From the UHGV virus genome UHGV-0216241: DNA of 14,922 bases, one strand, 5' to 3'. This DNA comes from a virus. This document shows, in pieces, positions 1 to 8,978 of this stretch (position 1 is its first letter; every line of letters starts with the position of its first letter). The notes beneath the pieces are model-generated. The model did not search any database. It was not told the origin of the DNA and saw only the letters and a program-made list of their open reading frames with translations. A program made the translations under genes and the position numbers.

Positions 1-1755
1 AGATTGTACCGTAGTTCTTGTAGCTGATGATTGAGCAAAACGTATTATACCTAAGTTAGTACGTGCTGCTGCTGCCGTTGTAGCACCTGTACCACCATTG
101 GCAATAGGTAATACAGAACTTGTAGTAATGGATTCCATCCATGCAGTCCATGTACCACTATTGTATACGCGTGACCAACTACGTGACCCATTATGTGCCA
201 TATATACCTGTACACAACCTTCTACTCCATTTGCACCTGTTTGGTATACTTGCAAACAACCGGCTGTTTGTGATGGATAATTACGTGTAGTTAATGCGTT
301 AGCACTACCTGATTGCATATAAAAACCAGCTTTAGTGCCGCCTAATGTATTTAGATCCTCGGTAGTTAGTGTTGAAAAATTAGTATATGTTGCACTCAAA
401 TTAGCCCTAGCTGCTGCGGCAGTGCGAGCACCAGTACCGCCCTGACCAACTTCCAACGCTGTGGATAGAGATAATTTTGGCATAGTTACCGTTTTATCAA
501 TAGTGCTGTAAGTTAGAATATTAGGGCCGGATGTAGTTTCTTCGTGGAAACGGAAAGTGTTAGCATCTAATACTACCTGTATTTTATTTGGCGTGTCAGT
601 CTGTGAAAATGTTAGCGTAGGTGCTGCACTTTCTAAAAGTAGTGGATAACTTGCAGTAGGTTTAAAGGTTGCTACGTTGAAGTTATTAGTACCAGACCAT
701 GTATTCACCCCCGCCCCTAATAATGGAACTGTACTACCGGATGTACCGATATTATATGTTGCTGCGGTTCCTAGTCCTAAGTTAGTACGTGCTGTTGCTG
801 CCGTAGTTGCACCTGTACCGCCATTGGTGATAGGAATAATATCAAAATTTGCCGCACCTTTAATACCTAGTACGGTTTTTGCTGCTGCTACATCAGTTAA
901 ATCAGAAAGGTTACTAGCTGCTTTCAACTGTGCATCATTTGTTACATTTCCTAGTCCTACATCTGATTTAGTAATAGTAATATCTGCATTTAGTGCTTTA
1001 CCATTAATCTTACGTGTAATTGGTACATACTGATCACTAATCTGAGTTGCAGTAAGTATACGTGTCCATGCTGTATTTTGGTTCTTTGCATAGATTGCCA
1101 ATGTACCGGATTTAGTCATTGCAATACTGGAGAATGTACCATTATCAATAAGGCCAATTCCCATCATATCCGCACTAGCTGGATTATCTATGCGTGCTGC
1201 TGGTACTTTGATAAAACTGTTGCCATCTGGTAACTGTGGTTCGTACTGAGGTACTACGCCATTAGAGCCTACGCCATATGATCCTACAACTAGTCCGGTA
1301 CTCAATGGTGCTTGACCATCGCGTACTAGAACGTCGGTAGGGGTAAAGGTATATGTTTTAGTAACTACTGCGTCTTTATCACCAGCTAGACGAGCGGAAC
1401 TAATCATACCATTCACCATACTGTAGGAGATGATACCATCAGTTACGGCGTACTGTAGCGTTAGTTGGAACTCGGTCTGATCTTCGGTTGCTTGGTCTAA
1501 AAATGCGTGAGCGGTGCAATCTGGTACGTAGTTTACAACGATATCTACATTGTTTACGTTCTGTTCTGCTAATAGTTTCTCTGAAAATTCACTGTTATAT
1601 ACTTCAATAGTTTGTACTTGGCTATCAATACCGAATGAAGGCATCGCCGCCAATTCATTTACTAGTTCATTCCCTGCGTTATCGGGGATACGGTTCGCGG
1701 TGTCGTCATTATAAAATAATTTAAATCCACTCCCTGTAAAAATTTGATCTGCCAT
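1..1755 (-). CDS. Tail-fibre-like structural protein, 5'-partial (C-terminus lies beyond the window start); three internal copies of a GGTGA-TAA-AR-NLG repeat
   Basis: Minus-strand frame is open from ATG at 1755 to the window edge in every segment I hand-translated; it is absent from the ORF track because no stop falls inside the window. AGGAA Shine-Dalgarno sits ~8 nt upstream. The protein begins MADQIFTGSGFKLFYNDD and contains QGGTGARTAAAARANL, NGGTGATTAATARTNLGLG and NGGTGATTAAAARTNLG, which match my recollection of the tail-fibre repeat class. Lies directly downstream of the head genes. Confidence 0.6.
   Translation of the reverse strand, partial: MADQIFTGSGFKLFYNDDTANRIPDNAGNELVNELAAMPSFGIDSQVQTIEVYNSEFSEKLLAEQNVNNVDIVVNYVPDCTAHAFLDQATEDQTEFQLTLQYAVTDGIISYSMVNGMISSARLAGDKDAVVTKTYTFTPTDVLVRDGQAPLSTGLVVGSYGVGSNGVVPQYEPQLPDGNSFIKVPAARIDNPASADMMGIGLIDNGTFSSIAMTKSGTLAIYAKNQNTAWTRILTATQISDQYVPITRKINGKALNADITITKSDVGLGNVTNDAQLKAASNLSDLTDVAAAKTVLGIKGAANFDIIPITNGGTGATTAATARTNLGLGTAATYNIGTSGSTVPLLGAGVNTWSGTNNFNVATFKPTASYPLLLESAAPTLTFSQTDTPNKIQVVLDANTFRFHEETTSGPNILTYSTIDKTVTMPKLSLSTALEVGQGGTGARTAAAARANLSATYTNFSTLTTEDLNTLGGTKAGFYMQSGSANALTTRNYPSQTAGCLQVYQTGANGVEGCVQVYMAHNGSRSWSRVYNSGTWTAWMESITTSSVLPIANGGTGATTAAAARTNLGIIRFAQSSATRTTVQS
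50..840 (-). repeat. Intragenic repeat units of the tail-fibre-like gene
   Basis: DNA segments ~50-130 and ~760-840 are visibly similar (cctaagttagtacgtgctg...gcacctgtacc...ccattgg), with a third, more diverged copy near 420-470. All encode the GGTGA-TAA-AR-NLG peptide repeat. Confidence 0.6.
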
Positions 1756-1768
1756 CTTTTAATTCCTT

Positions 1769-2161
1769 TTATTTTAAAGTTGCTACAATATTTATTGCAA
1801 AAGATAGCGATTGATAACCAGTTGATGGATCTGTTACTAGTTCACTGTCTGCTACGTCATAACTATGAAGTTGTACACCATTATTACCAAATTCCATGAT
1901 TGTATTAGTACGGAAGTAATCGAAAATAGTACCGAAGGTGTCAGCGGGTAAATTTATTGAAGGTTCTGGTACTAATAGGAATTGAAATGTAAAGTTACCC
2001 ATTTGATTCTGATTATTGTAGTTTACAGATTGGTAGGTTTGATTAGTTGAAACGAGAATAAAGAGATCACGCCCTGCTGCAATATTCATTGCCTTTCTAA
2101 TTGGCATGATATTATTTAAACTGTCTCTAATAGTTTTCTGTACTTGTGTTAGTAGATTCAT
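1769..2161 (-). CDS. Small virion protein, probable head completion or head-tail connector (hypothetical)
   Basis: ORF-track entry 1769..2218; I prefer the internal ATG at 2161 (MNLLTQVQ...), which abuts the upstream stop (TAATATG) and avoids a 56-nt overlap. Position is immediately after the capsid gene. Function is inferred from synteny only. Confidence 0.45.
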   Translation of the reverse strand: MNLLTQVQKTIRDSLNNIMPIRKAMNIAAGRDLFILVSTNQTYQSVNYNNQNQMGNFTFQFLLVPEPSINLPADTFGTIFDYFRTNTIMEFGNNGVQLHSYDVADSELVTDPSTGYQSLSFAINIVATLK

Positions 2162-2162
2162 A

Positions 2163-2483
2163 TTACCACCCGTAATTATTAATTGTAGATGGTCTAATGA
2201 ATACTTCACTAACACCACTTAAATCATTATAGATATTGTATACAGTGTAGTTAGTACCCTGTACGCCTACTACGGAATCAATAGCGATACTGTAAGTAGA
2301 TAGGTCATCAGTCTTTACTGATAGAAATGTTTCTGTACTTTCTACTAGCCCTTCAGTACCACTATCTACGACTACGGGGTGATGATCTACGATTGCCGTA
2401 AATCTCGCCCCGTTAATTGTGATAGGTTCACCAAAGGCATTTAGAAAAGTAGAATCAATTTGATTGCTAGTAAAATGCCTCAT
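2163..2483 (-). CDS. Small virion protein, probable head-tail adaptor or head completion (hypothetical)
   Basis: 106-aa ORF starting 12 nt after the stop of the capsid gene, same strand, tightly packed. Function is inferred from position only. Confidence 0.45.
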   Translation of the reverse strand: MRHFTSNQIDSTFLNAFGEPITINGARFTAIVDHHPVVVDSGTEGLVESTETFLSVKTDDLSTYSIAIDSVVGVQGTNYTVYNIYNDLSGVSEVFIRPSTINNYGW

Positions 2484-2495
2484 AGTGTTTTATCC

Positions 2496-4388
2496 TTATG
2501 GTTTTAGTTGTAGTTGTACAAATGCTTCCTCGTGTGCGATAGCTACATCTAGGTATTGGAAACTACGAATTGCAATAGTTTGTGCTGCACGGTAGGTAGT
2601 ATCATCAAAATCTAGTTCTTGGCCTTCATTCCAGTTAGCAAAGATTAGCTCAGAGAAATCACCGATTAGAATGGTATCTGCTGCTACGAAAGTAGATTCA
2701 ATTACACGTACTTCGTCATTCAACCACATGTCATAACGATGACCTGCTACCATTGCTACGGCTGCGGTGTTATTCAATACTGCGGTTTGACGTAGTTTTG
2801 CAAGCATAGAAGGATGCACGATAGCTACACAACGATTAATATCAACGTTTTTAGCGGAGATAGCTTCGATTGCTGCCTGTACGTCTGCTTCTGATACTTG
2901 ACCAGATACTGCGGTTTGTTTTACTGGTACAGTAGTAGCGATTTGTGCAAATACTGCGGATTCTAGACCGTTAGAGCATTGGCGTAGTAGCTCGTCGGTG
3001 ACGTAACGTTCGGTAGCTGCGTTGCTTAGTAGCATTGCTTTAGTGATTTTGATACCTGCTGCGAACATGCGAGGCTTTAGAGTGATTTTATCGAAATCAT
3101 TACGACCATCATCTACCGCCTCATCTTCTGCGTAGAATTTAGCGGTAGGAGTCATACCTTTAGAACGTGGGATAGAGAAATTGCCACGTCCGGCAAGCCC
3201 TCCGAACACGGTAACATCAAGTTGACCTAGTACAGTTTGAGCGAGTAGTTGACGAATATAGCTGTCTGCTAGTTCTTCTTTTACAAGACCCGCCGCTGTC
3301 ACGGTTGAAGTGGTATCAGCGGTGCTACGTACCATTGCGTTTAGATCTGCATTATAACCGCGAGCACCTTTTTCGAAAGATTCTAGATCGTGTGCTTCAC
3401 CTTTTAGACTGCGTAGACCTTCGTTAATTAGAGATTTCTTTTCCATTTTTTTGATATCCTTATCAATTGATTTATTATCTGTATTTAGTGAGCGTTTAAA
3501 GTCTTCTACGCTTACACCGTTTTTAATTGCTTCTTCTGTACTAACGCCTAGTACCGAAGAAATAGATTGAAGTTCGCGTACACGCTTATCTTCTACTTCT
3601 TTATTTATGCTTTCCTGAATATCAGTTACTGCAATAGAACGTTCTTCTACTAATTCAGGTTGTACTTCCTGTACTTCCTCAATTACTTCCGGTTCTTCTA
3701 CTACTTCTACTGATTCTTCCGGTACTGGTACTTCTTCTTCGATTACTTCGGCTTGTACTTCTTCTTGTTGTACTTCCTCAATAACTTCAACTTCATGTAC
3801 TAGTTCTTCTTTTTGTTCTGGTTCCATTTGGGGTTGATCCTCTAAAGTAATTTCATCATTACTATTTAGTGATCTTCCCACACCTACGCTATTGTCTGCC
3901 GGAGTGGATACGCTAGATACTTCGTAGGGTTGCCATTTTGAAACGATTAGATCATTACCGTCTAGGTAGTAATCTAGAATGTTATAACCTACGGATACTT
4001 TAGGGCGAATACCTTCTACGATCATACCGAAGATAGTATTTGCAGTACCTAAAGCACTAAAACGTACAGTAGCACGACATACCTTATCCATATCTACGCG
4101 AGCATTTTCAACTATACCAACTTGACGCATTGCATCATGTTCTACTAGTACAGGGGCACCGTCATTAAGACGGCTTAAATCCACGTTCTCAGGACTACAT
4201 AAAAGGATCTCATTATAGAGAGTCCCTTTAATATCGCGTACTACTGGAACTTCACTTGCAAAAGAGAGTTCTACCGTTCTGTCAGCTTCATCAATTGCAT
4301 TATTGATTTGCGTTATATTGATCGCCCTCGTCTGGTTCTTGTTCAATTCCATTTTCTTTATTTTCCTTGTTGATTTCTTCCATGACAA
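2496..4388 (-). CDS. Prohead protease - acidic linker/scaffold - HK97-fold major capsid protein fusion
   Basis: 630-aa ORF. The N-terminus (LSFASEVPVVRD...APVLVEHD) resembles HK97-type prohead protease motifs. The middle is a Glu/Val-rich low-complexity block (EEVQQEEVQAEVIEEEVPVPEE...). The C-terminal ~300 aa has an HK97-like capsid character. Lies directly downstream of the portal. The start is uncertain (ATG 4388 or 4352); both overlap the portal 3' end. Confidence 0.7.
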   Translation of the reverse strand: MSWKKSTRKIKKMELNKNQTRAINITQINNAIDEADRTVELSFASEVPVVRDIKGTLYNEILLCSPENVDLSRLNDGAPVLVEHDAMRQVGIVENARVDMDKVCRATVRFSALGTANTIFGMIVEGIRPKVSVGYNILDYYLDGNDLIVSKWQPYEVSSVSTPADNSVGVGRSLNSNDEITLEDQPQMEPEQKEELVHEVEVIEEVQQEEVQAEVIEEEVPVPEESVEVVEEPEVIEEVQEVQPELVEERSIAVTDIQESINKEVEDKRVRELQSISSVLGVSTEEAIKNGVSVEDFKRSLNTDNKSIDKDIKKMEKKSLINEGLRSLKGEAHDLESFEKGARGYNADLNAMVRSTADTTSTVTAAGLVKEELADSYIRQLLAQTVLGQLDVTVFGGLAGRGNFSIPRSKGMTPTAKFYAEDEAVDDGRNDFDKITLKPRMFAAGIKITKAMLLSNAATERYVTDELLRQCSNGLESAVFAQIATTVPVKQTAVSGQVSEADVQAAIEAISAKNVDINRCVAIVHPSMLAKLRQTAVLNNTAAVAMVAGHRYDMWLNDEVRVIESTFVAADTILIGDFSELIFANWNEGQELDFDDTTYRAAQTIAIRSFQYLDVAIAHEEAFVQLQLKP

Positions 4389-5796
4389 TAACCGGATCGT
4401 ATCCCATCTCCGAAATTACCATTGCCTTACTCTTTAAACCGTTATCAATTGCTAATACTTCGGTTTGAAGGTCTTTATATGGATCTAGGGAGATTTGACG
4501 CGTCTGTACATATTGTGCATGAGTCAATTTATTAAAATCACTAAAATTTAAATTGCTTAATGTACTACTATTTAGCATTGCAGATTTTAGCCATGCAATA
4601 TAAAGAGGTTTCAGTACAGATACAATTAAAGCATTAGTACGGCTTTTAAATGTTGATTGCTGTAATTTATCAGTTAACTTTGCAGCACTGAATGAAGCAT
4701 TGCTAGTATCAGAAGTTAGAGATTGTTTTGTAATATCTAATCCCATTGCAATCATCATCATTTGGTTATCAATAAACTCTTGTATACCGTCGGTAGTCTG
4801 AGATGGGTTTACTGTTTTAATATCCTGACCTGCCTGTAGTTCTACGATTGCAGCCGGATTTAGATAGTCCTGGTCATAGTACGATACACTATCATCAGTC
4901 AGTAGTTGTACATCATCGCTATCGGGGTTAGTGATAAAGGCCATTGCGGACGCCGCAACCTTACGGGAAGTAATTGCTGCCGCCATAAATTCCTCTAACT
5001 CTTTTAACTTCTCAGTACCGGAATGTACGTCTGGTATCCCGCGTTGCTGTGTTGGGTAGTCCTGTTGAAAGAGATGTAGGATCTCATCTGCTGGTACTCG
5101 TTCACGCTCACCAATCATATAGTTATACATGATAGGATTGTAACGCGTTACCCAATAGGCTACGGGGCGATTTGTATTAATATCAAATTCAATACCATTA
5201 CTGATAAAGTTTCCCGACGGTAGTAACTGGTTCTCATAGGTAGAGATACGCATTGAATCGATAATCTCGATCTGTGGTAGTTCACCTGGCTTACTGTGAA
5301 TACGTACGAAGCAATCGCCATCTACTGAACGGGTACGTTCAACTAGACGTTGAAAGGTACTGATATCTAGAGTACCGCAACGTGAAAAGGCTTTAGGATC
5401 TTCGGCCCATGCATAGAACGCATCTTCAATTTGTTTATCGATTGACTGGTTAACTTCTTCGTTATCAGAGCTATGAGTACAAGGACGAATATATAGGCCA
5501 TCTGCACCTGTTACGCCTGCACTATTCGTACTGACATATTTCTTTACAATACCGTTCTTAATTGATAATTCACGACTAACGGCGACCATTACGGGTAGAG
5601 TACGGTTAATGATTGCGTTAATATTGCCAGCCTGATTACCGCCAGTGAAGCCAAATGAGATAACAGGGCTAGATGATCCCAAATTAAGGGAAGTCATTGC
5701 ACGTTTCATCGGGTTATTCTTCATTAGCTTCACTGGCTTCTGTACTAATACCTTCTGTTTTGGTTCTTCTACTTTCTTTTTATTCCATCCGAACAT
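4300..5796 (-). CDS. Portal protein (lambda gpB-like)
   Basis: 498-aa ORF between the terminase and the protease/capsid gene, with size and position typical of a portal. Its start overlaps the upstream stop as TAATG, indicating translational coupling. Confidence 0.75.
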   Translation of the reverse strand: MFGWNKKKVEEPKQKVLVQKPVKLMKNNPMKRAMTSLNLGSSSPVISFGFTGGNQAGNINAIINRTLPVMVAVSRELSIKNGIVKKYVSTNSAGVTGADGLYIRPCTHSSDNEEVNQSIDKQIEDAFYAWAEDPKAFSRCGTLDISTFQRLVERTRSVDGDCFVRIHSKPGELPQIEIIDSMRISTYENQLLPSGNFISNGIEFDINTNRPVAYWVTRYNPIMYNYMIGERERVPADEILHLFQQDYPTQQRGIPDVHSGTEKLKELEEFMAAAITSRKVAASAMAFITNPDSDDVQLLTDDSVSYYDQDYLNPAAIVELQAGQDIKTVNPSQTTDGIQEFIDNQMMMIAMGLDITKQSLTSDTSNASFSAAKLTDKLQQSTFKSRTNALIVSVLKPLYIAWLKSAMLNSSTLSNLNFSDFNKLTHAQYVQTRQISLDPYKDLQTEVLAIDNGLKSKAMVISEMGYDPVIVMEEINKENKENGIEQEPDEGDQYNANQ

Positions 5797-6287
5797 TATC
5801 TAGATCTCCTAAATGTAGTAATTGATTTGATAGGACATCCAGTATTGAATCCTTTCATATCCGAAAGTAAATCATTTGCACGACTGACATATACAGGGCG
5901 TAGTTTCATAAGTATTTCACTACTTTCATATGTTAATGATTTATTTTGAATTGATTGACTTAATACACCACCGCCCTTAATTCTATCCATGATGATCTGG
6001 TCAATATCTTTGATGATTTGCATCAGGTCATTATATTCTGATGCCTTTGAGGTTGGATCTACTACTTCGAATTGTTGTACTCCATACGCTTTAGGACTAT
6101 TGATGATTGCAGTCCAGATACCCGCTACCCAATTACTAGTATCAATATCGGGGAACGGGTATGTATAGGAGGTCTTTACCCCATTGGGATCAATCAAGTC
6201 TACTTCTGACCCAGCGGGGTAATCGAATGTAATAGTCTCGCCTTTGAAGATATCGCCTTTTAGAGTTACTTTGCGAACTATTGCCAT
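5796..6287 (-). CDS. Hypothetical head-module protein (occupies the position of lambda gpW between terminase and portal)
   Basis: 163-aa ORF, tightly packed between the terminase large subunit stop (6299) and the portal start (5796). No recognisable motif. Confidence 0.5.
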   Translation of the reverse strand: MAIVRKVTLKGDIFKGETITFDYPAGSEVDLIDPNGVKTSYTYPFPDIDTSNWVAGIWTAIINSPKAYGVQQFEVVDPTSKASEYNDLMQIIKDIDQIIMDRIKGGGVLSQSIQNKSLTYESSEILMKLRPVYVSRANDLLSDMKGFNTGCPIKSITTFRRSR

Positions 6288-6298
6288 TTTATTTTTCC

Positions 6299-8218
6299 TT
6301 ATTTAAAGAAGCCACCACCTTTACGCGGCCTTATTACTCGTTTTGGAGTTGGCTTAGTTGGTGTTTCTTCTGTATTTACTTCTTTATTTAGTCCTGCTTT
6401 CTCTTTTTGTTTCGCGTTGTATTCCCTTAGTTGTCGGAATGGTTGACTACCTAATTTAGATAGATACCACTGGAAACATATAAGCGAGTAATTAAGACAA
6501 TCAAGGGTTTCATTTCTCGCCGAACTAACTTTCTTCACCCATACCCAGGCACCAGCCTTTATTACTCGCTTCTCGGAAGTAAGCTGAATAAAGTAATCAT
6601 CCGGTACTGAATGACTGAAATGTATTTGTACTTCCTTACTATTTTCACTATCGGATACAGCACGGTTGAGTAATTGACGGACGTTTGATTTGCCTAAGTT
6701 TACGTTAAGGTTAATCAGGGAGTGACCACCAGCGGTACTACCTTTGAATAATGGGTTAGAGTTAGACGTACCACCCTTGATAGGTTTAAAGATAGTAGAA
6801 TTACTGCAATAGCGATATACGGTACTAGTTGCGTTGCCGTTACTACTATCGACGAATCCAGCTAATACTTTAAGTGGTTTACCCGAACGTGTTTTCAATG
6901 GGGCGTTAGCAAAGGCCGTTAGCTTATTCCATGCTGGGGCTTCGATCTTCGTACAGTCAATTGCGTATATACTGCGATGATCTAAAACATAGAGATTCTT
7001 CTCACTTACTCCTAGTGTACTTATCTCCAATCTGTCAAGCTGCTGGTCAACGCCGAATACCACCCCTAGTACGTCATCGGGGATATTATTGATATCTATT
7101 TCACTATCTCTTAGGTTCTCCAATAATACTAAATCATGGTCGGTATTCTCTTTATCAATATATGGCAGTCCTAGTACGTTGTTATAGAATGATGCCAGGT
7201 CAAATGTATAATGTGCTTCTGCAAAGTCTGCTACAATTGATTTTATGGAATTGATGGGGGAATAGAGTCTAGATATGTGATAGCCCATTATATCCGTTAC
7301 TTCCGGTGCTGTTACTATCCATTCACCTTTACGGATCATTCGTACACGTTCTGCTTCTGTTATTACATTATTACACTTAGGACATTCTAGCCTTGCAGTG
7401 TCTGCATCTGGAATACGACGGCGACCACCTTCAATAATTTTCCATTCGAATTTAACGTTTTCGAATACCATTTCGTGTGAGTGGTTACAGTGGGGGCAAG
7501 GTACATAAAACTTCTGTTTATTACTTTGTTCGTACTGTTGGGTAATCAGGTCATGCTCATCTAGTGGAGTAGAACAACACATAATCAGGGGGTTACTGAA
7601 TGCTTTCGTTCTCTGTTCTGCCAGCTTCAAGGGATTGCCTTCTTCGCCGTCGGCGTTGACATTGGATATCTCATCCAAAAATACGCGAGGGGCCGTTAGA
7701 CCACGTAGTGAAGCACTACTACCCAATGACAGGAAGTAGGTAAACGTTCCATCTAAATTTTGTTGTGTCTTGTCATTGTTCGTATAGTTCTTGTCGTTCT
7801 TATTACTAACGAGATTTTTCAGTACCGAACATGCTTCGATGACTGCTTGCCATTTACCAGTCCTAAATTTACTAGTAGTACCACCAGTAGCACCACCAAA
7901 GATCATGTTACTAGGATCATTGGCTAGGAAGTAGTACATACTATTCTGTAGTACCGTTGTTTTGAGGAGTTGAGCACTGCTCATGAGCACCACCTTACGG
8001 ACGCGTGGATTTACGATATCGTTGATGGGTTTATGCTGAAAGGCGAATAATTTGACACGCTGCCCCTGTAGTTCGCCGTCCGGGAAGACTAGATTACTCT
8101 CTACCCATTCAGCGGGTAGTTGTTTCTTCGGAGGTAGGATCGACTTCGCCGCCCTCGTTAGTATCTTCATCATCTTCTGGTAGTTGGTCTTCATATGTTC
8201 CCTCATATTCATAGCCAC
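6299..8218 (-). CDS. Terminase large subunit (GpA-type, cos phages)
   Basis: 639-aa ORF, the size of lambda gpA. Has a Walker-A-like FGGATGGTTSK, two Cys pairs (CPHCNH...CPKCNN) and sits directly after the small-subunit gene. The start may be an internal Met (8194, 8173 or 8170); any choice overlaps the small-subunit gene. Confidence 0.8.
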   Translation of the reverse strand: MAMNMREHMKTNYQKMMKILTRAAKSILPPKKQLPAEWVESNLVFPDGELQGQRVKLFAFQHKPINDIVNPRVRKVVLMSSAQLLKTTVLQNSMYYFLANDPSNMIFGGATGGTTSKFRTGKWQAVIEACSVLKNLVSNKNDKNYTNNDKTQQNLDGTFTYFLSLGSSASLRGLTAPRVFLDEISNVNADGEEGNPLKLAEQRTKAFSNPLIMCCSTPLDEHDLITQQYEQSNKQKFYVPCPHCNHSHEMVFENVKFEWKIIEGGRRRIPDADTARLECPKCNNVITEAERVRMIRKGEWIVTAPEVTDIMGYHISRLYSPINSIKSIVADFAEAHYTFDLASFYNNVLGLPYIDKENTDHDLVLLENLRDSEIDINNIPDDVLGVVFGVDQQLDRLEISTLGVSEKNLYVLDHRSIYAIDCTKIEAPAWNKLTAFANAPLKTRSGKPLKVLAGFVDSSNGNATSTVYRYCSNSTIFKPIKGGTSNSNPLFKGSTAGGHSLINLNVNLGKSNVRQLLNRAVSDSENSKEVQIHFSHSVPDDYFIQLTSEKRVIKAGAWVWVKKVSSARNETLDCLNYSLICFQWYLSKLGSQPFRQLREYNAKQKEKAGLNKEVNTEETPTKPTPKRVIRPRKGGGFFK

Positions 8219-8663
8219 CGATTTCTTCTAGCTGGCGGTCTATCTTGTCCTGTAATTTAATTTTTAATTCTAATGCATCCTGTGATTCGAATAATTCAAC
8301 ATAACTTGACGCGGGAATACTTCTTAGTACCTGTCGTAGTTGGTAGAAGTATTGGGATAAAGTTTGCTGTACTACTGCTACCGGAATTAGTTCTCCCGAT
8401 TGCTGGCGTAGTTCTAATTCTTTTAGGTCTGCTTCTGCTTCTAGTTTGCGTAGTGTGGCTTTATGGATCATTCCCTTCACATCACCATTACGCATTGGTT
8501 CGATTACGTTTGCTAGTAACCAGTCGTCTACTAATTTTTTAGGCCAGGTAATATCCAGTCCTTTGCCAGACCAGATACGGGATACAGTAGAATGCTCTAC
8601 GCCGAATCGGTCGGCGATTTCTTGCCATGAATATCTGGTTCCATCGTCTTTATTCTTTGCCAT
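8109..8663 (-). CDS. Terminase small subunit (HTH DNA-binding N-terminus, acidic C-tail)
   Basis: 184-aa ORF immediately upstream of the large subunit. The N-terminus has a helix-turn-helix-like stretch (SWQEIADRFGVEHSTVSRIW) and the C-terminus is acidic (EDDEDTNEGGEVDPTSEE). AGGAAA Shine-Dalgarno lies 7 nt upstream of ATG 8663. Confidence 0.75.
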   Translation of the reverse strand: MAKNKDDGTRYSWQEIADRFGVEHSTVSRIWSGKGLDITWPKKLVDDWLLANVIEPMRNGDVKGMIHKATLRKLEAEADLKELELRQQSGELIPVAVVQQTLSQYFYQLRQVLRSIPASSYVELFESQDALELKIKLQDKIDRQLEEIGGYEYEGTYEDQLPEDDEDTNEGGEVDPTSEETTTR

Positions 8664-8978
8664 GTGATTTCCTATTCACTTATTATTCACTTTCCATTGA
8701 TTGGTATTTTCTATCTATTTCGGTACTGATAGGTTTTATCTATAAATTTGTTTGTTTTATGTAAAATTTCTCACGTATTTTTATTATAACTCGCGGCCAA
8801 ACTTCGCATAGTTTGGCATATTCAGGAGAACCTACCGAAAGTCAAGGGAGTGATTCCATTTTTTTATCTTTTTTTTGATATAAAGCACAAATTGCACAAA
8901 ATCTTGATAGCTTCTACCTATCAGTACCGAAGGATACCATCATCCTATTATTCACTGTTTATGCATTGTTTATGCAAT
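8664..8978. other. Candidate packaging-site region (cos/pac), non-coding, upstream of the terminase small subunit
   Basis: ~315 bp with no credible ORF. Contains a 16-bp inverted repeat (8719-8734 TTCGGTACTGATAGGT and its reverse complement at 8916-8931), a perfect 8-bp-stem hairpin (8796-8817), two T8 tracts (8858-8865, 8869-8876) and a direct repeat TTTATGCA x2 (8953-8971). Location matches cos/cosB in lambda-like phages. Confidence 0.45.

Noticed and set aside
98-1033. Plus-strand ORFs 98..280 and 677..1033
   Set aside because: They lie antisense within the continuous minus-strand tail-fibre-like reading frame, have no ribosome-binding site, and their low-complexity Ala/Val/Pro-rich translations are the mirror of the fibre repeat.
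3650-3800. Tandem DNA repeat (gtacttcttc-type) as a mobile or variable-number repeat
   Set aside because: It lies in frame inside the protease-capsid ORF and encodes the acidic E/V-rich linker, so it is most simply a coding low-complexity region.
8273-8667. Plus-strand ORFs 8273..8542 and 8446..8667
   Set aside because: Antisense to the terminase small subunit gene; hydrophobic, low-complexity translations; no start signals.
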